Source: Octopus vulgaris (Eukaryota). From it: a stretch of 64,000 nt of DNA. The translations under genes were made by a program, and so were the position numbers. Numbering within the stretch: position 1 is the stretch's first letter; each line of letters starts with the position of its first letter. The stretch covers positions 51,956,001-52,020,000 of the forward strand of contig OX597822.1 in assembly GCA_951406725.2 (NCBI GenBank). Reading direction: 5' to 3'. Shown here piece after piece: positions 41,254-52,738 of the stretch. The notes under the pieces were generated by a model. The model saw only the letters and a list, made by a program, of their open reading frames with translations. It was not told where the DNA came from and ran no database searches.

Positions 41254-41540
41254 CAGCAAATATTCTGCTTAATACCACAAATTTGCTTGTCAGTTTGACC
41301 GTAACCAGTTGGGTATGACCTTTGGTGGCTAACGATATGATCATCTCTGATCACGAGAAGTAGTTGGGGAGCATCATAGCAATTCTTGTTGAGAGCAATT
41401 CTTTGGAGTTTGATTAATTCACCTCTGAAAAAGCGAGTGTTTCGTTCAACATCCTTAAATAACCCTTATTCAAGGACCATTTCAGCGGTATGGGATACTC
41501 AACACGAAGAAAATTCTAACTGCAGCCCTACTGCCACATG
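41252..41540 (+). mobile_element. Fragment of the non-coding element at 57606-58142
   Basis: Reverse-complement homology (gcaaatattctgct.aataccaca.atttgcttgtcag...cgttcaacatccttaaa). Confidence 0.8.
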
Positions 41541-41659
41541 GTGCGTCTTTACTTTGCAGTGCTTCTCCCCTGTTCGTTGAGTTTCCCCATGGCTGAAAAG
41601 AAAAGACATCGTGCTTCCAAGAAATTGTGTTTTCTTCTCGGGAAATCGGCGGACGAAAG

Positions 41660-42628
41660 AACTGTCATGCTTCAAGCAAGGACGCTGCCATGAGCAAAAT
41701 GCAAGCTTGCGAATGGCTTTCACACTTTAGTCCAACCTCGCTCAGGGCGACCGTTGACATCCCGAACATGTGAAAACATCACGAAAATTCATGAAATTTG
41801 AGGACCGTCACCGAACAATTGGCGAACTTGTTGCTATGACTGGTATGACCTGGAGCTCTTCCCAACGAATTTTGATCGAGGAATTGCAAAAAATCTGTGC
41901 CTTACGTGCTCACGGATGATCAGAAACAGTTACGACTGAATGCGTGTCATGGACTGAAAGAACAGTTTTATGTTGATCCGGACCTTTTTTCGAAGGTCAT
42001 CACTGGGAACGATAGCTGATGTTGTGGCTACAACCCGGAAATAAAATAGTAATCATGCAGTGGAAGCAATCAATGTCACCACGCCCCCTAAGAGTACGTC
42101 AAGTGAAGTCCATTGTCAAGACGATGTTGATTTTTCTTATCGATGCGAAAGGAAGTGGCCACACAGTATGTGTTCCTCCAGGTCAAATTGTTATCAAGAC
42201 ATTTTATTTGGCAGTTCTGAGACACAGTAAGACGAAAATTCCCAGACCAATGACAAAGTGGAGAGTGGTGACTTCATTATCACAATGTACCTTCGCATAC
42301 CCCCTTGAGTGTGAGATAGACTTAGACCAAAAATGGCATGTCTCCGCTTCACTCACCCTAACTGTTCACCTGATCTTGCCTTGTCCCTTGCAACTATTTT
42401 TAAGTCCTTAAAGTTAAACGTTTTGCAGATGTGGAAGAGATGAAGAAAACAATCGACAGAAATGTTAAAAGGAATCACTTCGCAAGAGTTCTAGAACTGC
42501 TTCGAACAGGGGAAAACGCCTCTGGACCGATGCATTACTCCAAATTGAGAATACTTTAAAGGTGATGTAAAACTAAACGAATAAAATTTGCAAAATTTGC
42601 AAAATTCCGGTTCGAGTACTCCCTCGTA
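41660..42628 (+). mobile_element. Mariner transposon remnant
   Basis: PRSGRPLTSRT, KVITG, QWKQSMSPRP..KSIVKTMLIF, and a 3' end ttccggttcgagtactccctcgTA. Confidence 0.85.
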
Positions 42629-43465
42629 TTTTATATAAATGTATATACATATAACGAAATTAGCACACTAGAATTGTTTAACGTGTAAAAGCAATAACAT
42701 TAATTTGTATTGCAACCATGAGTGACACTTGTATATTTCAATAATATTTTCTTATTTATTGTGCAACATATCTATGAGAATTTCGTAACAATGTAATATT
42801 TATTACAATATTACAAGTATTCATTTTAATAACTACGATAATATAAATATTATTATTCAAGTATCATTAAAAACATTATGCTCCCTTCTTTTATTAACAA
42901 TAGCGAATAAATCCAATACGATTAATGACACAGATCATAAGTCTTTTCATTTACATCTTTTCAACTATAGTTTTACTTTATTAATGTTTTCTGTTTTTTC
43001 TTATTTTAATATATATTATTTTCTCTTTATAGATTTTCCTTTCCATTTTTTTTCAATCTCATTTTCCTAATTTGTATTTATTATTGAGCATAAATACAAC
43101 ATATTGATAAACTATGACCCGCATAGAGGGTAATAGTAAACTTGCTAAATTATAGATTCAACCGAATGTTATGAGCCGTATATTTTCCTCTGAGTGTGTG
43201 TGTATTGTGTGTGTATGATTGTTTGTGTGTGCGTGCGTATGTATATATATATATATATATATAAGTAGACAAATGTATTATCTTATTACGGATAATTCGA
43301 AAGATAAACGATACCTGGGTAGCAAACTCACAACAGAAAGAGCACGGTTGAAGTTACGACCATAGGGCATAAAATCCGTGCCTTAGTGCGGAAATTTGAA
43401 GTTTTATATATTAAGTATAGGAAAGAATGGAGCTGAACGAAGATTTAACAAAATTCCTTTATTTT

Positions 43466-43551
43466 ATTTTCGACATATGTTTCGAAGTCTGCAAAGTCCC
43501 GAATTCCGAGTGAATAAGGAGTCCATTATGCAGCTTTCTCTTCAGGAAAAT
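43466..43551 (-). ncRNA. Type-I hammerhead ribozyme, intact
   Basis: ATTTTC-CTGAAGA-GAAAGCTGCA..TGCAGACTTC-GAAA-CATATG-TC-GAAAAT. Confidence 0.88.
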
Positions 43552-43710
43552 CCAGGGACTTAATTCTCCAACAAAATGCACAACAAGCTTTTCGACGACT
43601 GCTCACGAGGAACCCATAAATAGACATTTTTTATCATTATTTTTATGGGTTCCTCGTGAGCAGTCGTCGAAAAGCTTGTTGTGCATTTTGTTGGAGAATT
43701 AAGTCCCTGG

Positions 43711-43796
43711 ATTTTCCTGAAGAGAAAGCTGCATAATGGACTCCTTATTCACTCGGAATTAGGGACTTTGCAGACTTCGAAACATATGTCAAAAAT
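43711..43796 (+). ncRNA. Type-I hammerhead ribozyme, inverted twin with one stem-I mismatch
   Basis: ATTTTC-CTGAAGA-...-GAAA-CATATG-TC-AAAAAT. Confidence 0.82.
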
Positions 43797-43848
43797 AAAA
43801 TAAAGGAATTTTGCTAAATCTTCGTTCAGCTCCATTCTTTCCTATACT

Positions 43849-43887
<39 letters not shown>

Positions 43888-43964
43888 TGTGTGTGTGTGT
43901 ATGTATGTATGTATGTATGTATGTATGTATGTATATATATATATACATTCATATATATATATAT

Positions 43965-44945
43965 AATAAAATTAGATAAGGCCGGATTATGGGATTACCT
44001 TAGGTTTCACATCCATAAAAGGTGTGGCTTTTTGGCATGACATCAAATCCTAAAACACTGTTGGCTAAAGGTCTCTCGGGAGAGTGGCCCCTCTAGAATA
44101 TGGACGAGGAAATGAGCCCCTTATTCAATGTCAACAAAGGGGATTATCTTCCCTTGGCTATCGATTGCTGATGTCAACAAAGGAGTTGTGTTCCTTTAGC
44201 AGTCGATATACGGTGGCCCTGGTATCTTGTGAGTTCCAATAGGCTAGCAGGAATTTCTTGAAGCGCAAGCACGGTGCGAAGACCTCCTTTCTATTGTTCA
44301 GGATGTTCCCTGAGTCGAGAGAGTCCCTTCCGATCCTCGCCTGTTCATTTGGGGGACATAGACTACTATTTTACAGAATCATTTGGGGGACATAAATTTC
44401 GCAAGCCAGGGGGAGGTCTAAACTGACATTGCAGCGGTTGGTCTCGATAATGTAGGGGTCCGGATTCTCTAGGATTCTCCATCATCATGGAATGTATGGA
44501 ATGCTATCGTCTATTAGCTGCCGCAAGTTGCTGGCCAATGACGTGATGAACCTCCTTTCCGTTATCCTGAAGGAGGATCTGTGGCTGGAGAGGCGTTGTT
44601 TGAACGAATTCCCGCGACAGGTGAAGTATCTCTATGGCCGGCTATAGGCGATGGTGTGTCTGTCAGATTTGGCGTCGCCGCTGCTGCTGCTGTTGTCGGG
44701 AGTGGGGCTGTTGGTGCCAGCGTTGTTTGTGTTGGTGGTTTTGGTGCTAGTGAAATGTTTATCTATTAACTTAAGGAATATCGTACATACAGAAGTTTTT
44801 ACGTTAAGAGAGAAGTGGGGACAAACCAAATGATATTTCTCTGGCGCTTCTTTCTACGGATGCTGGGGCCTGGCATGTAGGAGATGCGGTCCCTAAATCC
44901 GCTAGCATCTAGGGCCCCGTTATAGTAGGAGGCTGTTGCACTGTT
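43965..44945 (-). mobile_element. Penelope-like element, deleted/decayed 3' portion
   Basis: SYYNGALDASGFRDRISY..KKRQRNIIWF/FSLNVKTSVCTIFLKLIDKHF (RT C-terminus) and NILNNRKEVFAPCLRFKKFLL (ORF end). GGAT-TTGATG..GAAA-CCTAAGG-TA-ATCC at 43992-44050. Confidence 0.85.
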
Positions 44946-45127
44946 TTTCTACCTCAGTACAGGTCATCAGCATGACAATTGTCCTACCTTATTTCCCGTA
45001 GCTTATAAACTAATACAAAAAGATTAGAACTCATTTCAAAATAAAATAGTTTGCATAAATTGAACAAAAATGAGATGGAAAATTACTATTTTTAAATCTC
45101 ACAACGTGAGATATTCAGCAACAGTAC

Positions 45128-45268
45128 TTTGTAGCAGACATTGTTTGCCAACATAACATGGCAGTCTTGGTTTAGCCAGCTGGAGACGATGGCTCCTGGG
45201 GCTAAATTACAGTAACATTCGTCCTAAACCAAGACTGCCATATGTTGGCAAACAATCTTTACTACAAA
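45128..45268. repeat. Small imperfect inverted repeat
   Basis: attgtttgccaacata..tggcagtcttggtttag vs ctaaaccaagactgccatatgttggcaaacaat. Confidence 0.8.
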
Positions 45269-45489
45269 ATTGAGATAAGAGAAATAACTTAGTGTCAACT
45301 GCCATACACGTGTAACATAAGGAAATACATGTATATGAAATATCATACAACATCAAGTTTGAATTATTAAAATTAATACCGACTCTAGTAAATGTGTTAT
45401 TATTACCGAAGAGCAATTGGGGACATTCTCATATTAGGAGAGATGATCTCAAGAATCAAGATTTTCCCCAATGTTGACATGCCATTAAT

Positions 45490-46078
45490 AAGGCGGCGAG
45501 CTGGCAGAAACGACAGCACGCCGGGCGAAATGCTTAGCGGTATTTCCTCTGCCGCTATGTTCTGAGTTCAAATTCCGCCGAGGTCGACTTTGCCTTTCAT
45601 CCTTTCGGGGTCGATGAATTAAGTACCAGTTACGCACTGAGGTCGATGTAATCGACTTAATACCCATATCTGTCCTTGTTTGTCCCCTCTATGTTTAGCC
45701 CCTTATGGGTAATAAAGAAATAGGTATCTCGTCTGCCGCTACGTTCTGAGTTGAAATTCCACCGAGGTCGACTTTGCCTTTCATCCTTTCGAGTTCGATG
45801 AAATAAGTACCAATTACGCATTGGAGTCGATGTAATCGACTTAATCCCTTTGTCTGTCCTTGTTTTTCCCCTCTTTGTGTAGCCCCTTGTGGGGAGTAAA
45901 AAATAAGTATTTCGTCTGCCGTTACGTTCTGAGCTCAAATTCCGCCGGGGTCGACTTTGCCTTTCCTCCTTTTGGTGTCGTTTAAATAAGTACCAGCTAC
46001 GCACTGGGTCGATATAATCGACTTAATCCGTTTGTTTCCTCCATGTTTAGCTCCTCGTGAGCAGTAAAGAAATAAGAA
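45490..46078 (+). mobile_element. SINE family A, head-to-tail trimer
   Basis: One full unit followed by two units starting at gtat.tcgtctgccg. Confidence 0.9.
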
Positions 46079-46164
46079 CAATCTTATAGTCTAGGGGTAA
46101 TAGGACAGTCGGAAAAAAGGCAGCTACAGCAGGCTCCTGCATCACGTTGGTATTTTATATAACT

Positions 46165-47107
46165 CTGTTTTTCAATTTTGGTTTGCAAAATTCAGAAGTG
46201 GAGATTTCAGCCTTGAAGATGAAGATCAAACAGGACGTCTAGTTGTGTTTGATGATAAGCTCCTTGGGGCATTACTTGAAGAAAATCCTGCATTACCAGT
46301 TGAAGAATTGGCAATAAAACTTAGTCCAAACGATACAACAGTTCCTAAACTTGGAAAACGGGTGCCTCATGAATTGCCCGAAATCAACGCAAATCCTGAG
46401 TTGACATCTGCTTTTCTCTCTATTCTTGCGAACTCATTTCATCCTTTTTGGATAAACTTGTGACTGGTGACGAAAAATGGATCTTCGATCGAAATGTTAA
46501 ACGTCGAAAACAGTGGTTTGGTAAAAGGGAAAAAGCTCAACCACAAGCAAGAATGGAACTTCATGGGAAAAAGCTTCTTTTCTCTATCTGGTGGAATTGC
46601 AAAGGAATAATTCACTTTGAATCATTACCACCTTATGCAACAATCAATACTCAAGTCAACTGTCAGCAATTAGAGCGTTTGAACCAAGCTTTAAAGAAAA
46701 AAAGAACCACTTTAGTGAATCGAAAAGGAGTGATGTTTCATCAGGACAATGCGCGACCTCAGACTGCAAAGACAACATCACAGAAGATCGAAGAGCTTGA
46801 TTGGGAATAAATTCCGCATCCACCTTATTCTCCCGACCTTGCTCCTTTAGACTACCATTTTACAGAATCATTTGGGGGACATAAATTTCGCAAGCCAGTG
46901 GGAGGTCGAAACTGACATTTCAGAGTTTTTCGCTTTCAGACCAAAAGAGTTTTACGTTGTTGGGATTAAAAAGCTTGTAAATAGATGGAAGGAAGTCATA
47001 CATAATCAGGAAAAGTACATTGATGATTAAATTTCAATTTAATATAAGATTTGATCACTTGTTTTCGTTATTCAAAATTCGTACAGAACTTATGGGATGA
47101 CCTGATA
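46165..47107 (+). mobile_element. Mariner transposase pseudogene with 3' TIR
   Basis: WFAKFRSGDFSLED, RVPHEL, LVTGDEKW, FHQDNARP, HPPYSPDLAPLDYH; ends agaacttatgggatgacctgaTA. Confidence 0.93.
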
Positions 47108-47113
47108 CATATG

Positions 47114-47178
<65 letters not shown>

Positions 47179-47329
47179 CAATTAAGGTTCATTTGAATTA
47201 GGTACTTAAATTGAGGCACCTCGCTAGGTGCATGCTCTAGCATACATGCATAAATACATACATATATATAGACATACATATATGCATATGAGTATAAGTA
47301 TAAATACTTATATGTATATACGTCATATG

Positions 47330-47375
<46 letters not shown>

Positions 47376-49445
47376 GCGTGAGCGTATTTGTACGTGTGTG
47401 TGAATGTGTGAGTGTGTGAGTGTGTGCGTACATTATTTATACGAGAAGTAAATCAAACGTTAATGCCAGTCACCTCTCCAGCTGCTTCTCTTCGACTATT
47501 TTTACTGCTGCCAGTTTTCTAGGATCCTTAACTCCACATATCACTTTTCCTCAGCACTTGGGAAATACCAATTAAAATACAATAATGGTGCCAAAGCCAA
47601 CAGATTTCGACATTAATGAAACTGTATTTCCGATTGCCTGAACTAAAATTATTACAGCTTTGTAATCAAAGCTTCGACTAATATATTACATATGAGAAGA
47701 CTAATCACATAAACTAGTTGCACATTTTCTGTGATATATATCTTAATGGATAAATTTAGTGTGAAAAATCTATCACATTTTTGTGAATTATTCATGGAGG
47801 TTAATTCACTGTTTATCTCTCTTTTATCATTTCATTTAATTCAAAATCCTTTTGTGAGTGATTAGCATGAAGTGGATAATTTCACCCGAATATATTTCTA
47901 TCCAGAGCACAACGATCATGCTCTCTCAGGTAATTCTAAATGATTAAGTAATTTAAAGTAGAATTTGTCATTCTAATATCGATTTAAAATTTGGCAATTT
48001 CGATTACATCAGCTCCAGTGATCAGCTGTTACACATTTTATCGGACCCATAAGGATGGAAGGTGAAGTCGACCTCGGCAGAATTTGAACTCAGAAAGTAA
48101 AGACGGGCGAAATGTTGGATTTTATTCGACATACTAACGATTCTGCCCAATCATTTTGTCTGTTGTTTGTAATCTCCGAAGTTGTCTCTTACTGCGTAAA
48201 TCTTTAATCAAAAGCATTGCACATTAGTCCAAATTAGTCATTTTATAGATATATTTTAGGCGCATTTTAGGCCGAATTATATTATCCAGTGTGTCCTTTT
48301 ATAGAGTAGTTAGATGTGATTTGAGTATGATTTGGCTGCTATTTCTAGCAGGGACTTCAGTTTAACCTTTCTTCCGTCCAGTAGTCACTACAAATGCTGT
48401 TAAATTCTATTTAAAATTCTTATGAAGTGTCCAAAATGTGAATGTCGTTGTAATATGTGTAACTACTGTTGTTTAACCACTCATCAGCCATCACTGGGAA
48501 CTCCTTGGACCAAAGATCTTCCAACCATGTCGCTCTTGATGATTTTAGTACATTGTGTGCCTATGACAACATTATAATCTGTCTCTTTTCGCTTTTAGAC
48601 GTAGAGTGTTCTGTGAAGCAGATTAGTTGCAACTTGGTTTGAAATGCACCCTTAATTAACTTAATTCTGAATGCCAATAATGAGAAATTAAAACAAAGAA
48701 CGCGAGAGAATTATATTATAAGCTGTGTTTGGATAATACACAAGATGGCATTAAATTTTCAGATATTAGGTCTTAAATTGAGTTTTAAAGGATCATTAGT
48801 TAATTCATTTATCGTTGCAAGACAAGATTAAAGTTTGTTACTTCCATCAAATTGCTCATTATTCTTCAATCTCGTTGTGATGGCTTCAGATGTAATTATC
48901 TGTTCTGTCTTGCTTGATCCTGAAGTGGGTACAATAATGGATGTGCAGTTTCTAATACCGAAGTATGTTACAGACACAGATAGAATTCTGACATTTTCAT
49001 AATTGGAGTAATAGAGTGGTGTTTGATTTAAATTTATGAAGATCATTAATCACATTCGGAACATTAGAGTAATGCGGAAAAATCAAGAAGTTCAGTAAAC
49101 CTTCAAAATGTGAATGAATGAAATAAAAATTAAGTTTGAACAAAGGAATTTTGATAAAGTTATAAAATATTGTAATGGTTGATGGAAGGGAGAGTAAAGT
49201 GGATAAGTTAAAAACTGAAAAGGTAAGTAGATATTATAGAAATGAATGGCACATGTAGGGAGCACGGTGTTACTTGTGAGGGAAAGTGGTAGGGAGAGAC
49301 AGAAAGAGAGGGAGAGAGAGACTGAGAGTGAGTCAATGTGAGAGATGAGTTATTGTCAGACTAGTTTACAATATGGTGTTAGGAAGGGCTGGAATTATAG
49401 TGTGAGTTAACTACTGTTTCTGAGTTTATAGTTTTCGCTGCATAG

Positions 49446-49499
<54 letters not shown>

Positions 49500-51133
49500 G
49501 CACATACACACCTACATGTATATATATTGGATCGATTCACCTTCAATGTGATGCTGGAGTATGGCTACAGTCCAGTGACTGAAACAAGTAACGGATTCAA
49601 AGTGTGCGTGTGAGTGTGAGTGTGTGTGTGTGTGTATGTGTGTGTGTGTCTGTCTGTCGTGTGTGCGCATGTATATACCTGCACGCGTACATAAATTCAT
49701 ACATATTCACAATCTATTCTGTTGCCAGCTGAAATGCTTGACAACACTGTATCAGAACAACCCCAAAGCTAGGGTGTTAGTTTCGCACGATATTTGTGAG
49801 AGGAAGCCAGAAACAAAGAAATCTTCTTCAACTTTTCTCGTAATACGCTTCTTTATTTTGGTTCTCTTCACGAGCCTTCAGTCTCCTTGAGACTCTCACA
49901 GAATCTCAGGCCGTATCGCTCATGGACAGTTCTACTCAAATATTCTCAAAATATTCATTTATGTCTTCCTAGTTCATCTCAGAGTCCATAGAGTTTACCA
50001 AGCATAACCTGTCCCCAGCTTCAGGCTCTGTCTCAAGCATTTCAAAGTCCAGTGAAGAAAGAACATGATGCAAAAAAAAACCCCATTGAAAAGCTGTTCT
50101 ATTTAAAGTAGACACGTAGAGTGAGGACAAACCGCTTAGTGATTCTTACAACAAATACATTCGTGTAATAGTAGGCGGGAAAATCACTAAAACTGCCTGT
50201 TATTAATGATCTCGAAACACCTTGGTTTTTGAATGATACATGAGGATTGACTGCACTTTCAAATATTCTAAAATACTTGCCGTTAATAATGACGCCTAAT
50301 TGTAGTATTTTATATATAAATAAGATACAAAATAAGGTACATGAAAATCACACATACAAACGTTCACATTCTTCCCTTGTACACACATATATAATCATAC
50401 AGAGTGGAAACGCTGATTTTTTTTCACCCATTCCTTCCATTTACATATATCACCCCTTCCTTTCTCTCATTGCTATTACTTTCTCTCACTCCCTCTCAGT
50501 CAGGGCTAGTACTCTCACTACTTCTCCTTTACTGAATTACTATTTTGTCTCCTCCTCCACGTCTGGCGTGATTCTGGACTAATATATGTATATACAAATA
50601 TATAAAAACACTACACTCATTATTATATTAGGAGATAGCTGCAAAAAATTGGGCTTGTCTGTCCTTCATTGGCTTACGTCCAGGCCACAATCTGGACTCT
50701 TCTTCTGTAGTGTAGAGCTTCCAATGTATTTCCTAACAGCAGAAAATCCAAATATCTCATCCCAATTTAAACTTTCTGAAACTGAAATTACCCTTCTTTC
50801 ACAATCTCATAAAACGAAACAGATCACTTTGCTGCGTTGAATTTTCTGTTTATTTTATACAAGAAAGTTCATATAAACATTCACTGTGCTCCCTAATTTA
50901 TATTAATTGACAGAATCAGTACAATTAATTATTTTGTGTGAAAGGGGGTTTATGTGAGTGCTTGTATGTGTGTGTTTCTGTATGTTTGTATCTGTATGTG
51001 TATGTGTGTCTGTGTCAGTGTGTATTGTGTGTGCGTGTTTGTAAAACAGCACCTACATTTTGAATCCAAGTCTGTACTTTGTCTTCTCCTCTAGTTTCGC
51101 GTTACCAATATTGCCAAAAACCCAATTTATATA

Positions 51134-52390
51134 CACTACGTATCAAATTATTAGGCATCTCTATTTTGTTTTTAAAATAACAGAGTATTTATTCGTTCGA
51201 ATCCATATATGTTTTCACTGAATGATGGCAACATCTGCCTGTGCATACTGTAGTAAATTGGATCCGCGCAGGTGTAAACAAACGGCGGCCATTTTCGTGA
51301 AACAAGTGCCCACTAAAAGTGTTATTATGGGCCAAAAACGTGATTTAACATCAAATGAGAATTCCACCATCATCTCAGAGCTGACAAGGGTAAATCGAGG
51401 GCTGTTTCCAGGCGTACCCTGTCACGTATAACGAGTGAAGTTATGAAGAATACGTGTCTAACTAATCGAGAAGTGTTTAAACGTTGCGGTAGGGAAGACA
51501 TTTCGAAATCTACTAGGTATCGCCTCCTGAAGCAGGTAACCAAGAACGTAAAACCTGTTACAAGGACCCCTCTGAAGGCTGTTCATAAGCAAAATAGAAT
51601 CAAATGGACTGAAGCCTACATGAAGATAGGTTTTTCAAGAGTCGTCTTTACTGACAAATGCCGGGCTACTCTAGACAGACCAGATGGGTGGAGTAAAGAA
51701 TGGGTTCCAATTAGAGTAAATTGTCCTCATCGTTTGAGACACCAACAAAGAGGAGGCACTGTCATGATTTGGGCTGGCATCATTGGAGACAAGTTGGTCG
51801 GTTCTTGGAAAGTTCCAGACGGAATTAAGATGAAATCTAATATCTATGTTGCCTTTTTCGAGGACAATTTTGAGACATGTTTGAAGAAGCCATGGTTAAA
51901 GAGAACGCTATATTCATGCAAGATAATGCGCCCTCCCAGGCAGCTAAGAAGTCTCTGGAATACCCACAGTAATTAGGCTTCTCTAGACAACATTTGATGA
52001 AGTGGCCAGCCTGTTCAAACGACTTAATCCCGATTGAAAATCTATGGAGTGTTCGGAAGAGGAAGATATATCAAGATGGACGGCAATTTTTAACGAAGGA
52101 TGCGCTCTGAGAAGCTATTGTGGATGCTGCTGACAGTATTACATCAGGTGAAATGGTTATCTTGACTAATTCAATGGATAAACGTGTCAAGGACGTTCTC
52201 TCATGTGGAGGATCATACACCCATCATTAAGAACTTTATGTCGTCATATTTCTTGTATATTTCCATTCAAACATATTATTATGTTCATTATAAAGTCCGT
52301 TATGATTATATTTGTTGTTTAAAATTAATAGTCGCATGAAATAAATGTTTGTTTTTGCATAATTAGCATAATTTTGCATAAAAACCACTA
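51134..52390 (+). mobile_element. Tc1-like transposon remnant
   Basis: MGQKRDLTSNE.., VVFTDKCRATLDRPDGW, GGTVMIWAGI, FMQDNAP, WPACSNDLIPIENLWS. The right end is uncertain. Confidence 0.9.
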
Positions 52391-52394
52391 TGCC

Positions 52395-52434
<40 letters not shown>

Positions 52435-52619
52435 CATCGAAAAATACCTTACGGATGGGAACCCAGGTTCGAAATTTCCCCAAGACACCTGATGAAGCCT
52501 GGAGAGTATATCAGCGAAAATGTTGTGTTAACAACAAACAAGATGAGGGCAAATATCCGACAAATGTAAATAATGTAAATAATGTACATAATTCCTCATC
52601 TCTCAAATATAGAACTGCA

Positions 52620-52620
<1 letters not shown>
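52395..52620 (+). mobile_element. Penelope pLTR-like fragment with hammerhead motif (52484-52529)
   Basis: GACAC-CTGATGA-AGCCTG..CAGC-GAAA-ATG-TT-GTGTT. Same family as 40958-41253; ends in (TA)n. Confidence 0.75.
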
Positions 52621-52660
<40 letters not shown>

Positions 52661-52664
52661 TTAA

Positions 52665-52738
52665 AATAGAGTTCACGGACCCCCAGTACTAACTTTGCAG
52701 ACCACCAGGGGTCCGTGGAGCACAGGTTGACAACCACT
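52665..52738 (+). mobile_element. hAT-type (Charlie-like) terminal fragment
   Basis: ggggtccgtggagcacaggttgacaaccactg, i.e. a CAGTGGTTGTCAACCT terminus. A weaker analogue lies near 610-675. Confidence 0.6.

Larger units (their letters stand above)
43262..43850. mobile_element. Young fold-back element with two hammerheads in (TA)n
   Basis: 209-bp arms at 43412-43620 and 43642-43850 with about 3 mismatches; 21-bp spacer; tail at 43262-43403. Confidence 0.92.

Noticed and set aside
48828-49046. Possible host exon (72-aa ORF)
   Set aside because: No recognisable domain or clear splice sites.
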